A stretch of 64,000 nt of DNA. Source: the human T2T-CHM13v2.0 reference genome, Homo sapiens. The notes under the pieces were generated by a model. It was not told where the DNA came from, did no database searches, and was given only the letters and a program-made list of their open reading frames with translations. Below, in pieces: positions 1 through 39,436 of this stretch (position 1 is the stretch's first letter; each line of letters starts with the position of its first letter). The position numbers were made by a program, and so were the translations under genes. The stretch lies in NCBI RefSeq assembly GCF_009914755.1, contig NC_060925.1. One strand, given 5' to 3'.

Positions 1-108
<108 letters not shown>

Positions 109-1249
109 CTATAAAAAAAAAAATCTATTGTGTGAATATGCTACACATATTGACCTATGAACCTTGATGGACGTGGGAGTTGTTTCTAGGTCTTTGCTGT
201 TGAGTTTTGAGAACAGGGGCTGCGGCAAACAATCTCATCCACACCTCCTGGAGCACATGCCTAAGGTTTTCTCACGGTATAGACCTAGGAGGGAAACGGC
301 TGGATCACCTGTGAATTCCACTTTCGGGGTCGCCTGCTCTTTGACCTCATCTCCCACCCCTCTCTACTTTGACTACCAAGCTCCTGTCACACTGGCCTCC
401 CCTTCCTTGAACAAGTCAAGCCCATTGCAGCCTCCAGAACTTCGCACCTGCTGTCGCCTCCCTTCAGAGCGCGTTTCTTTCAGGGATTCCCGTGGCTGGC
501 TTTTACTTATCCTCAGGACTCCATCAGATATGACCTCCTCAGCCCAAATGTCACTTTCTCTGTCCCCCCCATCTAAATGACTTACTCCCATTCCTACCCC
601 AATCACCTATGTTTCATTTTCTTTTCTTCTCTGTTTTTTTTTTTGGTTTTGTTTTTGTTTTTTGAGACAGTGTTGCTCTGTGGCCCAGGCTGGAGTGCAG
701 TGGCATGATCTCGGCTCTCTGTAGCCTCTGCCTCTCCGCTCCCAGGTTCAAGTGATTCTCCTCCCTCAGCCTCCCAGTAGCTAGGATTACAGGTGCTGGG
801 ATTACAGGTGCTCACCACCACACCTGGCTAATTTTTGTAGTTTTAGTAGAGATAGGGTTTCATCATGTCTCGAACTTCTGACCTCAAGTGATCCTCCCAC
901 CTTGGCCTCCCAAAGCGCTGGGATCACAGGTGTGAGCCACCGCTCCTGGCCTAGACTCAAACTCTAGAAGGGCTGAGACCATGCATTTTTCACAGCTGTA
1001 TCCCCTAGAACAGTGCCTGATACATAGAGAAAAAGTGCTCAACAAGAATTTTTTTGTGGAGGTGGGTACTAATATAAATCTCATGTTAGAGAGCAGAAAA
1101 CTGAGACTCAGAGAGGTTAAGCCATGCGCCCAAAGTCGCAGAGCTTGAAGGTGGCAGAACCAGGATTGAACCGTGGTCTGCCCGGTTCCAGTGCCCCTGT
1201 TCTTTCCGAAAGAGGAGGTCTTGTCCTGACATGAGCTTTTCTTCCTGAA

Positions 1250-1470
1250 CTCTTGTTATCAGTTGGCCACTCCACACCACCTGTCCAGCCACCTGTTGGA
1301 GGGAACGCTAGGTCCTCCCTTTGGCTGTCACTTGTCCATCTGCAGCAGGCGAGGACTGTGGCCTTGGACCATGGGAGACCTGGAGTTCCACCACCTGTTC
1401 TGGGAGTGGGGCCCAATCAGCCCCCCTGCTTACCTTCTGCCCTATATTAGAGCCCCAGGCTCTGTGCCCT
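1250..1470 (+). promoter_or_regulatory. CELA3A proximal promoter (TATA, E-boxes, NR5A2 and GATA motifs)
   Basis: TATATTA 1443-1449; CACCTG at 1278, 1290, 1392; TGGCCTTGG (rc CCAAGGCCA) 1359-1367; TTATCA 1256-1261. Confidence 0.7.
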
Positions 1471-1491
1471 TTTCCTATCATCACAAAACTC

Positions 1492-12291
<10,800 letters not shown>

Positions 12292-12333
12292 AACCAAGGC
12301 CCAGCTGGCAGTGCTGATCGATCCCACATCCTG

Positions 12334-12346
12334 AATAAAGAATAAA
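12334..12346 (+). terminator. Tandem AATAAA poly(A) signals of CELA3A
   Basis: AATAAA 12334-12339 and 12341-12346, with a T-rich downstream element at ~12373-12388. Confidence 0.9.
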
Positions 12347-12887
12347 GATCTCTCAGAAAATTCCAAGTTGAATCTTTCTTTCTTTGTTGACTCACCTCTT
12401 CCCCTCTGGCCTGTTCCTAAAATCTTAGATCTCATATGCAGAGACAGGACCAGGTCCAACCCTTTCATATGAAGACGAGGGAAAAATGATGCTGGGAGAG
12501 AAGGGAGTTGCTGTGTGGTGACCTGACCATCCTGGTTTGCCTGGAACTTCAGGAGTGAAGACACTGGACATTTAATGCTAAAACTGGGAAGGTCCCAGAA
12601 AAAGTGGGAAAAGTTGGTCGCCTTAGTATATAGTCGCACATAAGTCAGTAGCTTTTCAATGCAGGCATATAAACATGGTAAAACTCTGCAGATAAACAGA
12701 CCCTGCCAGCCCTTGAGGAGGCTCATGGTAGAGTGGGAAGGACAATGTGTGTTCTGCTTCCACTGATGGGCTGGGGGCTTTGGTATTCGTCCATTCAACA
12801 AACACTTATTCCTTGTTTTAGAGGAGGGCTCAGAGGGGTAAGGAGACATGGTTCCTGCCCTGAAGTGGCTCATTATTTAAAGATAGC

Positions 12888-13254
12888 TCTCTTAGTCTGT
12901 GTTCATACTGCTATAAAGAACTGCCTGAGACTGGGTAGTTTATAAAGGAAAGAAGTGTAATTGACTCACAGTTCAGCATGGCTGGGGAGGCCTCAGGAAA
13001 CTTAAAATCATGGTGGAAGATGAAGAGAAAGCAAGGGACCTTCTTTACAAGGCGGTAGGAAGCAAAATTGCCTAGCAAAGGGGGAAGAGCCCCTTATAAA
13101 ACCATCAGATCTGGTGAGAACTCACTCACTATCATGAGAACAGCATGGGGGAACCGCCCTATGATTCAATTACCTTCTCCCTTGACACATGGCGATTATG
13201 GGGATTACAATTCAAGGTGAGATTTGGGTGGGGACACAAAGCCTAACCATGTCA
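12888..13254 (-). mobile_element. MaLR solo LTR (THE1/MSTA-type)
   Basis: tcttagtctgtgttcatactgctataaagaactgcctgagactgggtagtttataaagg...gagatttgggtggggacacaaagcctaaccatgtca is the reverse complement of a THE1/MST LTR, ~367 bp. Confidence 0.85.
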
Positions 13255-14197
13255 TGAGCATATCACGGTCATTCATTAAACATGTATTAGGTACCTGCCT
13301 TGTGGCAAGTTCAGGGCTGGAAAAACAGAGACAAGTCAGGCAACCCTAGGAAGAGCCCTTACTGAAGGGGGGAGAAGACACACACACAGGTACACAGGTA
13401 TACACACACAGGTACACACAATGCTGCGCACGAGCCCAGAGCCAGCAAACAGTTGAGTTTTGAAAGGAAGAACGCTGGCCAGGTGCAGTAGCTCATGCTT
13501 GTAATCCTAGCACTTTGGGAGGCTGAGGCAGGTAGATCAACTGAGGTCACGAGTTCGAAACTCCTTCTTAAAAAAAAAAAAGAATGCTGTTACACAGACA
13601 AAAGCAACATAAAACAAGGGAGTCTGGCTGGGCCTGGTGGTTCATACTTGTAATCCCAGCACTTTGGGAGGCCAGGGTGGGTGGATCACTTGAGCCCACG
13701 AGTTTGAGACCAGCCTGGGAAACATGGTAAAACCCCATCTCTACAAAAAACATAAAAATTAGCCAGGTGTGGTGGTGGGTACTTGTAGTCCCAGCTACTT
13801 GGAAGACTGAGGTGGAAGAATCACTTGAGTCCAGGAGGCAGAAGCTGCAGTGAGCTGAGACTGTGACACTGTACTCCAGCCTGGGCACAGAGCAAGACTC
13901 TGTCTGAAAAAAAAAAAAAATTCAACGGAATCTCTTTCCTCATATTTCTCTTTGAACACCATGAAAGGGAAGATTGTCCCAGCAAGGACACACACAAATG
14001 ACTTTGATATTAATGGCCCATTTGTAGCCTCCCTTTATACTTTCAGCTACAACTGAAAAAGATGCAACATAGAGAATAATATAGCAGAGACTCAGATAGG
14101 TATCTTCCCTTCAGAATTAACAAATTTCACATTTTGCTTCATATTCTAAAAAATATTAATTACAATCATTCACTAAAAAAAATCAAGAGATCTATAA

Positions 14198-14621
<424 letters not shown>

Positions 14622-14639
14622 TGAGCCATTGTACCTGGC

Positions 14640-16632
<1,993 letters not shown>

Positions 16633-17126
16633 AGTTAAGGTGGAAGCACCTTTGTATTCTTCCCAAAAGTCATCACCATGATGGACAGAGGGTTTTTATC
16701 CATCAATTACTGCTTTTGCTTTTGGGCACATAATAGGATACCTCTTTCTTGCCCCCTTAAAGTTAGGTTTGGGCCAGGCACAGTGGCTCACAGCTATAAT
16801 CCCAGCACTTTGGGAGGCCGAGGTGGGAGGATCACTTAAGCCTGGGCGTTCAAGACCAGCCTGGGAGTTCAAGGCCAGCCTGGGCAACATAGAGAGATGC
16901 CGTCTCTACAAAAAGTAAAAAATTTGCCAGGCATGGTGGCACATGCCTGTAGTCCCAGCTACTTGTGAGGCTGAGGGTAGGAGGATCGCTTGAGCCAAGG
17001 ACATTGAGGATTGAGTGAGCCGTGATAATGCCACTGCACTCCAGCCTGAGTGACAGAGGGAGACTCTGTCTTAAAGAAAATAATAATAATAATACATCTA
17101 TCACCTTGGCTGGATGGGATGGCTCA

Positions 17127-17387
<261 letters not shown>

Positions 17388-17758
17388 CTATCTGGGGAAA
17401 AAAAAAAAAAAGTTGGGTCTGGCCATTAGGCTTGCCAAGGTGAAATATTGAGAGACAAAGCAATTTGTCAGGCTCTCGTTCTCTCTGCTGTGACATCTGG
17501 TTGTTGCTGGTCAGCCTGGTCCCAGAGTGAGATGTGAACTGGAGGCTCTGCTAACCCCTGATGGACATGTAGCCCAACCATGAAATAAACTCTGTTATAA
17601 GCCACTAAGACTGGGTGTTATTTATCACAGAGGCATGGACCTAACCTATCCTAACTGATAATATGAGTTTGGTGTTTGTCCTTCTATTCTGTGCTGTTAT
17701 GTTTTTATCATATATATAAATATCCAAAACCAATATATTGCATTGTTTTGGTTTTTAA

Positions 17759-17965
<207 letters not shown>

Positions 17966-18005
17966 TGAGTAGCTGGTACTACAGGTGCCCACCACCATGC
18001 CCGGC

Positions 18006-18047
<42 letters not shown>

Positions 18048-18565
18048 CACATATATATATATATATATTTAGTAGAGATGGGGTTTCACCATGTTGGCCA
18101 GGGTGGTCTCGAATGCCTGACCTCAAGTGATCTGCCTGCTTCAGCCTCCAAAAGTGCTGGGATTATAGGCATGAGCCACCCCGCCTGGCCTTAATGTTGT
18201 GTTTTTGAGGTCTATCTCTAGTTCGTTGCTGCTGTTTGTAGCATATCCCATTGCCTAAATTTTTATTATTCTTTATTCCTTCCTCATGGATATTTAAAGC
18301 AGAGCTAATTTTTTGTGATTGCGAACAGTGCTTCAGTGGATGTCCTTGGACATGTCTCCTGGTGCACATGTAGGAGAGTTTCTCTAGGGTATATTCCAAG
18401 AAATGGACGTGCTGACTGGGAGGACATGCTCATTTTCAACTTTACCAATTGCCAAATTGCTCTCCAAAGTGATTGTATCAACAATACTCCTTCAAATTCT
18501 CTTTTTTTTTTCTTTTCCCATCCACTGCCCCTACACGTTACAAACTGGCCCCATTTTTCTCCTAA

Positions 18566-18802
<237 letters not shown>

Positions 18803-19452
18803 TAGTAGAGACGGGATTTCACCATGTTCTCCAGGCTAGTCTTGAACTCCTGACCTCAGGTGATCTGCCTGCAAGCTCCAGGTCTTGCAAAGCCTGAGAA
18901 CTGGTATGGCAAGGGCAGAGTGAGAGCAGGGAAGAAATGGAGTCAAGCTGAACAGAGACTTCTGCATCATGAGGGTGGTGGGAGGTGGGGAGGAAGTTCT
19001 GAAACCACACACATTTATCATTGTTATTGAGTCAGACAGACAGTGCCTGCTGACATGTAACTGTCAGGCGTTGCCAAGGCACAGTAGGGTTGCAAAGGCT
19101 GAGTGTCCACTTCCTCCCAATGAGTCAGGAAGAACCCTTGGATAATTCTCCAAAATAGTTTCAGAGTAAAGGGCAGTGGGATATATGTAATTTCATAATG
19201 TGGCTGGCCAGCGGGCCCCCAAGGGACCTCTACCCATCCTCAGAGGGAGGCTGGGAGCTGTGATGACCCAGTTCTCTCCACACATGGGCAGCAGAGAGTC
19301 AGGGAATCTTGCCTAAAACTGCCAGCATTCAATTTTCCTTTGTTCAAATCTCCAAGTCTTATCAATTCAAGTCTTTTAAAACCCATATAGTCAATAACTT
19401 AATTCTTTGAATAATGATTAGAATGTCAAGGCCAATAATTTTTTGCTTTTGA

Positions 19453-19671
<219 letters not shown>

Positions 19672-20296
19672 TAATTTTTGTATTTTTAGTAGAGACGGGG
19701 TTTCACCATGTTGGCCAGGCTGGTCTTGAATGCCTGACCTTGTGATCTGCCCTCCTCAGCCTCCCAAAGTGCTGGGATTACAGGCATGAGCCACCCCGCC
19801 TGGCTGGTTTGTAGAATTCTTTATATATTCTGGACATAGGTCAGATGATTGAGATCAAATGTGAATCTGGGCTGGGCGCAATGGCTTGCATCTGTAATCC
19901 TAGCACTTTGGGAGGCCGAGGCAAGTGGATCACTTGAGGTCAGGAGTTCAAGACCAGCCTGGCCAACAGGGTGAAACCCTGTCTCTACTAAAAATTTAAA
20001 AATTAGCTGGGTGTAGTGGCACTTACCTGTAGTCTCAGTTACTCAGGAGGTTGAGGCAGGAGAATTGCTTGAACCTGAGAGGTGGAGGTTGCAGTGAGCC
20101 AAGATCATGCCACTGCACTCCAGCCTGGGACACAGAGCAAGACTCTCTGTCAAAAAAAAAAAAAAAAAAAGGTGAGGCCGGGCGCAGTGGCTCATGCCTG
20201 TAATCCCAGCACTTTGGGAGGCCGAGGTGGGCAGGTCACCTGAGGTCGGGAGTTTGAGACCAGCCTGACCAACATAGAGAAACCCCATCTCTACTA

Positions 20297-20455
<159 letters not shown>

Positions 20456-20531
20456 TCAAAAAAAAAAAAAAAAAAAAAAGGTGAATCTGTCAAACTTTCT
20501 TTTGTCAATTAACATCAAAGACGTAGTGCTA

Positions 20532-20699
<168 letters not shown>

Positions 20700-20834
20700 T
20701 CAAAGAAAAAAAAAAAAAAAGACAGTGCTGAGAAATCTTGTTCTCTGCCTGGCCAACATGGTGAAACCTCATCTCTACTAAAATACAAAAATTTGCTGGG
20801 TGTGGTGGCGGGCACCTGTAATCCCAGCTACTCA

Positions 20835-21644
<810 letters not shown>

Positions 21645-21934
21645 TAGTAGAGATGGGTTTTCACCATGTTGCTTAGGCTGGTCTTGAACTCCTGACCTCA
21701 GGTGATCCACCCGCCTCAGCCTTCCAAAGTACTGGGATTACAGGCGTAAGCCACCATGCCCAGACCTTTTTTTTTTTTTTTTTTGAGACTGAGTTTTGTT
21801 CTATCCGCCCAGGCTGGAGTGCAGTGGCTCAATCACAGTTCACTGCAGCCTCAATCTACTGGGCTAAAGTGATCCTCCCACTTCAGCCTCACAAGTAGCT
21901 GGGACCACAGATGTGCACCACCACACCAGGCTGA

Positions 21935-22775
<841 letters not shown>

Positions 22776-23015
22776 TAAGTACTGGGGTCATGGTGGTGAC
22801 AGGGCAGACAAAGTCCTTAGCTTTGTGGACACTGCCTCTAGTGGATGAGATAGAAAATAACTAGGTAATCACAAAAACAAAGTAACAGGTTATAAAGGAA
22901 TTGGAAGGGTGCCCGGGGTCAGGGGATAGAGGAGGTGGGCAGAAAAGGAGACGCTACAGTTGAACTGGAACCTGGGTGAACAGATCTCAGGAAAGAGCAC
23001 TGCAAGCAGAGATCA

Positions 23016-23605
<590 letters not shown>

Positions 23606-24374
23606 TCAAAAAAAAAAAAAAAAAAAAAAAACAAAGAAGTGAAGATGAGCTTGTCAGATTGTCAGATTTGCAAAATAGCCAGAAGGTCAGTGTTCTTGGA
23701 GCAAACTGAGTGAGCAGGAGGGTGGGGAAAGATGAAGCACAAAGGCTGAATTTTACCTGGGATGATAAAATAATCTTACACAAGCCGAAACGTATATACT
23801 TTCACATAAATTTATGTGCCTATGAAATTGGAGTTGCTCTGGGACTCAAGTGGCATCCTTGCCCCAACCCCTGCTGTTTTCTGAAGCATTCCTAAGGAAC
23901 CTTAGAGTGTGGGAGAGAGAAATAGCAGGAAGTCCTTAACCTAGTCCAACCCTTTTATTTTACAGTTAGGGAAACCTAAGCTGAGAGAGGAGATGGAAAC
24001 CTGGTTGTAGGAGTGAGTGGGGAAGGGTTCACGGTCATTCTGGTAGGTAGGGGTAGGGCCAGAGCAAGGAGTCCTGGTTTGTGAACCACCAGCTGGCCGT
24101 CTAGGAGTTTACAGACCAGCAGTGGCAATGTTGACAAAGGGCACATCTTCCTTTCCCCAAGAACATTGGCTCTGGAGCAATAACCCAGCAATGGGGGCTT
24201 TGGGGTGTCCCTCTTAATCCGGTAGCTCAGCCCATTCGGATACGCCAGCTGGAAAGAGAGAGGGAGAAGTCAACTGAGTACCTCTCTCTAACAGCTCAAT
24301 CCCTCCCCTTCAGGGTTAAGATCGGGGCTGCAGTGGTTAGCATCTCTGCTTCCTCTAGCCGGCTGTGTCATTGA

Positions 24375-24668
<294 letters not shown>

Positions 24669-25029
24669 TAAAGTGCTGGGATTACAGGCGTGAGCCACCG
24701 CGCACGGCTAAAGCTTCAGTTCTTAACCATCAGGCGACAGTGCGTAGTCTGGTAGCAACTGGAAAAGTCCTGCTGAGATTTAGCCTCCCATACACACAGA
24801 GTCCCACCCCGGACAGGCTGTATCAACCCCCCACGGCCATATGCCCACTGCTGTTTGCGTACAATGAGGCGGGACCTATAGACTGTATCCACTGACTCAT
24901 CTGGAGTGATTCCGCGGGGCGCCAATACAAGGACCACTGTCTCCAAACAGCAGCCAGCCACCCCTCTCTCTTGGTTTCCTTCCTTTGAGTGGTGCAAAGG
25001 CTTAAGGGTGTAACCTCAGAATGGGGCCC

Positions 25030-31025
<5,996 letters not shown>

Positions 31026-31833
31026 TCAGGTTAGCGCTTAGTAGTCAGCAATTGGAGACAGGTGAGATAATTATCAGGTGTAGATGAGAGCTAGCGATAA
31101 GAACTATGGCTGTGGTGTTTATTGTGCTGGGAAATAGGAACAGTCCTGGCCTTTGTATTCAAAGTCAAGATTTAGATTGGACAGAACTGAGAAAGGGGTC
31201 AAACGGTCATAAGAGGTAAGTAACCTGTACACAGAGCTGTTTGATTGGCTGTTTCACCATGTCCATCACCTTTGTTCTATAGCTTGCCTTTCTGCAAGAG
31301 AACTTACTGTAAAGCTCCCCAACACTACTGTGTTTTGCTTTTTCCGCAACAGAGGTCATCCTTGTTTTTCTGTGTGTGGAGACCTGTTCTGTGGCTGACA
31401 GCTGACATAGAGCAGTAGCTGTGTCTGTGACAGGCAGGGTAAACAGCAGCTGCCTTCCCGGCACAACCCAGTTCGGAGGAACCTGTCTGCCTCTGTGGTC
31501 TGGCTCCGGGACTTGTAGCTCTGCTCCTTCTCTAACAAACTTGGTGCCACTTCAGAAACAGCCTTTGGTATAGGGAGTGGTCAGCTGCATGCTGGAACTC
31601 TTGTTGATTCTGCTAGGGTTTGTTGAGTACTTCCTGTGCCTCCGACTCTTCTAGAATGGAAATGTAAAACCCACTTTTAAGGAAGTGTGTCATTTTTGAA
31701 GAGAGGAAAAAGCATTAAAAATACATTGTTAGAAATGTTGGCCGGGCGCAGTGGCTCACTCCTGTAATCCCAGCGCTTTGGGAGGCCGAGGCGGGTGGAT
31801 CAAGAGGTCAGGAGATCGAGACCATCCTGGTTA

Positions 31834-32100
<267 letters not shown>

Positions 32101-32552
32101 TTAATTTAAAAAAAATTACAGGCCGGGCGCAGTGGCTTACACCTGTAATCCCAGCACTTTGGGAGGCTGAGGCGGGCGGATCACGATGTCAGGAGATCGA
32201 GACCATCCTGGTTAACACGGTGAAACCCCGTCTCTACTAAAAATACAAAAAAATTAGCCAGGCGCCTGTAGTCTCAGCTACTCAGGAGGCTGAGGCAGGA
32301 GAATGGCGTGAACCTGGGAGGCAGAGCTTGCAGTTAGCCGAGATCGCACCACAGCATTCCAGCCTGGGCGACACAGCAAGACTCCGTCTTAAAAAAAAAA
32401 AAAATTATAAGCAGAGGAGAGAGGACAAAGTGGAGAAGTGACATTTTAATGGAATTCTGGAAGGGAAGTAGGAGATCATTGGACAGAAGGCAAAAGCATG
32501 GGAATGCAATCGTATGTAGTGTTCAGGGAATAGTGACCGTAAGATTAGTTAA

Positions 32553-32864
<312 letters not shown>

Positions 32865-33045
32865 TAAGGTTTTCTATCCTTAATTTGAATAGTAAAATGT
32901 AACATTGGCAAAGGAGTTAGTATCACTGATAGGGTTGTAGTATTTTGAATCATTCTGAAGATACTTCCTTTAGTCTGCAGGGATCCGGAACTCCTGGCAT
33001 TCAGGAATTTCCTGGCCTCCATCAATTTCTCAGCTGCTTCAGTGA

Positions 33046-33366
<321 letters not shown>

Positions 33367-33901
33367 TGATCCTCCCACCTCGGCCTCCCAAAGTGCTAGG
33401 ATTACAGGTGTGAGCCACGGTGCCTGGCCTCTTTTCTTTTCTTTTTTTTTTTTGAGACGGAGTTTTGCTTTTGTCACCCAGGCTGGAGTGCAATGGCACG
33501 ATCTCAGCTCACTGCAACCTCTGCCTCCTGATTCAAGCGATTCTCCTGCCTCATCTTCCCAAGCAGCTGGGATTACAGGCGTGCCACCACGCCCAGTGAA
33601 TTTTTGTATGTTTAGTAGAGACAAGATTTCACCATATTGACCAGGCTGGTCTTGAACTCCTGACCTCAAGTGATCCACCTGCCTTGGCTTCCCAAAGTGC
33701 TGGGATTACAGGCATGAGCCACCGAGGCGAGCTTTTTTTTTTTTTGAGACAGGGTCTCACTTGGTCACTGAAGCTGGAGTTGAGTGGTAGGATCACGGCT
33801 CACTGCAGCCTTGACCTCCTGGGCTCTGGCGATCTTCCTACCTCAGCCTCACAAGTAGCTAGGACTACAGGCGTGTGCTACCACACCCAGCTAATTTTTA
33901 A

Positions 33902-34042
<141 letters not shown>

Positions 34043-34062
34043 TGAATTGAGTGACCCTAGCA

Positions 34063-34291
34063 CAGAATTCCTCAGCCTTGGCACTATTGACATTTTGGGC
34101 CAGGTAACTCTTTGTTGTAGGGGCGTGCCCTGTGCATTGCAGGATGTTTAGCAGCATCCTTAACCTCTACCTGCCAGATGCCAGTAGCACCTGTCTGGAT
34201 GTGACAACCAAAAATGTTTCTGGACATTGTCAAATGTCCTGGGGGTGGGGGTGAGGGTGTATGCAAAATTGCCCCTGGTCGAGAACCACTG
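34063..34291 (+). mobile_element. MER20 (hAT-Charlie) DNA transposon, full length
   Basis: ggcactattgacattttgggccagg...ctgtgcattgcaggatgtttagcagcatcc...gtgacaaccaaaaatgtttctggacattg...gagaaccactg. Confidence 0.88.
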
Positions 34292-34499
34292 ATTATGTAG
34301 GAGAGTTCATCATGGCCATTTGAGGGGGTCATGGAACTCAGCCCTCCAATCCCCGGCCTCAGGCTTAACGTTGAACTGAGAATGCTGTAGGAAGAGTGGG
34401 ATATATAATAAATTAGTCTTTAAATCCCCATTATATGGCTGGGCGCGGTGGCTCATGCTTGTCATCCCAGCACTTTGGGAGGCCAAGGTGGGTGGATCA

Positions 34500-35137
<638 letters not shown>

Positions 35138-35386
35138 TCATCAACCTGTAGAACATTCAGTTGGGATGGTTTACTGTGTGCCAAAGTCTGCACTGATGCA
35201 TCTATGATTCATTGAATCCTAACAGTCATGTGAGGTAAATAGTAAATCTACCTATTTTACAGAGGAGAAGTCTGAGGTCCAGCAGTTAAGCAATAATGGC
35301 TAATAAGTGTGGAGCTAGGATCTGAGCCTTAGATGTCTGTCCAAGGCGTGGGCCTTCATCCCTCATGTATGGAAATGTTAATTTAA

Positions 35387-35608
<222 letters not shown>

Positions 35609-36018
35609 TAGTAGAGACGGGGTTTCACCAATTTGGCCAGGCTGGTCTCGAACTCCTGACCTTGTGATCCGCCCACCTCAGCCTCCCAAAGTGCTGGGAT
35701 TACAGGCGTGAACCACCGTGTTTGGCCCTTCTTTTGCTTTTTAAAAATCTCTATTTTACAATTTAAAATAACATTTCTTAGATTCATTTGATACAGAAAA
35801 AGTATGAAAAAAAATGGTTCATAATCTCACTGCCCAGGTAATTCCTATTGACTTTTTTTTAAGAGCCTGGGTCTCATTCTTAGCTGGGACTACAAGTGTG
35901 AGCCACCACACCTGTCCTGCAAGTATTTCTTTTACCTTTAAAAAATGTCAGTAGAGGCCGGGTGCAGTGGCTCACGCCTGTAATCCCAGCACTTTGGGAG
36001 GCCAAGGCAGGTGGATCA

Positions 36019-36247
<229 letters not shown>

Positions 36248-36887
36248 TCAGTAGAGGCCATGCCTGTAATCCCAGCAGTTTGGGAGGCCAGAATGGGAGG
36301 ATCACTTGAGGCCAGGAGTGCACGACCAGCCTGGGCAACATAGCAAGACCTGTCTCTACAAAAAAATTAGCTGGGTGTGGTGGTGTATGCCTGTAGTTCC
36401 CAGCTTCTCAGGAGGCTGAGGCGGGAGGATCCTTTGAGCCCAGGAGGTCAAGGCTGCAGTGAGCTGTGATTGTGCCATTGCACTCCAACTTAGGTGGCTG
36501 AGTGAGACCCTGTCTCAAAAAAAGAATATACATATATACATTTACATATTTATATATAAATTTAAATGTTTAGTTTATATAAATGTATATATATGTAATA
36601 TATATAAAAATATATATTTGCATATGGATAGAAAAGTCCAGGAGAATAGAAGGATATAAAAAGAAAACTTAAAGGCCCTCTTCTCATTATTAACAGTTTC
36701 TTATGTATCCTTCCAGAAAATACAAATTATATATATGTGAGCAGAAAATACAAATTATGTGAGCAGATACACATATATATTCCTTTAGAAGTTACATAAA
36801 AGTATGCATGTTTAGTGCATATTTTTTCATTACTCAATAAGTCTTAGAGGCCTTTTGCTATCAACATACAGAGATTTACTTTATTTA

Positions 36888-37170
<283 letters not shown>

Positions 37171-38667
37171 TCAAAAAAAAAAAAAAAAGTAAAAAAAATT
37201 TTTTTGGCAGCTATATGGCTGTACTTGGCCTTTTACTTTCCAGCAAGAAGTGTAAGGTAGAGGATTTAGGTATGGACTCAAACCACTGAGGCACAAGTGA
37301 GGTTTAGAGAGGTAACTGACAGAGCCAGGGCTCAACTTTCACGTTCTGAAACCAGCTTTGGTTCCCAACAACCCCGTGGTACCAGTTCTTTGTTATGGAA
37401 ATGAATTTACAGATTAGATTGTCCCAAAGAAACCTAGTAAGTGGAGAAGCTACAGTTCATCTCTCGTTTCATCTGGCCCTAGCCTCACGCCTTGCCACAA
37501 GGTCATACTACCTGAATGTCAAAGAATAGAGCAGCTCCACTGTTTGAAGGGCTCTGTGAGGATTCGGGAATAGAGGAGTTCCCCATTTCTGTCGCCACAC
37601 CTCTGAGATGGTGCCTGTGTCTGTCATTGTTTCTTGAATCAATCTAGACCTCAGTTCTAAAGAACCCTAAAAACTCTGTCCGTGAATCTTGGGGGAAGGA
37701 GGAAGTCAATGTAAAATACTTCCATATTGTATTTCTAAGATGTCTATTTCCCCTTTGTGATTATTTTGACTGCAAGTTCCACAAGATAATACTTTCATCT
37801 AGTTATTGAAAAGTGCTCCTGCGAGATGGCTGCTGGGAAAAACCAGTGTTAGGACCACAAGGTAATATGAGATCCCTAGCAACTGGCTTGTGCCATGGAA
37901 AAACATGTCATCTGTTGGGCAGCTACTCCCTGAGCAGTGAGTGGGTGCCAGGCCCTGGCTGCCAGAGAGGAGGCCAGCTCCAGTGGGTGTGGGGGCCACG
38001 AGGAGTCGACTGTGGTAGTGATGGTGGTGGCTGCAGAATTCAAGTGCAGCTGGTCCTCCCAGAGCATCACGTGGGGTCAGTTTCCCTAGACAGCTCAGTA
38101 CAATGCGCTTGACAATGACTTGACTCTTTTGCTAAGCATTCTCTTTCCACCCACTGCTACGCATGTATTAGACAATTGGACATTTTCCCTCAGCCTGGAA
38201 TGCCCCTCCCTGAATCTTTGCCAGCCTACTCCTGTTTGTTCGTTCTTTCTTTCTTTATTTATTTATTTTGAGACAGGATCTCATTCCTGTTACCCAAGCT
38301 CGAGTGCAGTGGTCTTGACTTCCCAGGCTCAGGTGATCCTCCCACCTCAGCCTCCCAAGTAGCTGGGAGTACAGATGTGCGCCATCATGCCTGGCTAATT
38401 TTTTGTATTTTTAGTAGAGAAGGAGTTTCACCATGTTGCCCAGGCTGGTCTCAGACTCCTAGGCTCAAGTGACCTGCCTACCTCGGCCTCCCAAACTGTT
38501 CATTCTTTATGATGCAGATAGACACGGTCACCTTCATGAAGCCTTCTTTGATTTCTGCTTTGAACTAGCACTTGAAGCCCCCCTGTGAGCTCCTACAACA
38601 CCTTAGCTTTAGTTCTTGGTACTTGCTCATGCAGCAAATAGATGTTACGTGCCATGCCCCATTCTAA

Positions 38668-39039
<372 letters not shown>

Positions 39040-39065
39040 TAGCCAGGATGGTCTCGATCTCCTGA

Positions 39066-39436
<371 letters not shown>

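Noticed and set aside
37500-37800. Unique stretch resembling a 3' UTR or processed pseudogene fragment
   Set aside because: No poly(A) tail, TSD or recognisable parent; needs BLASTn
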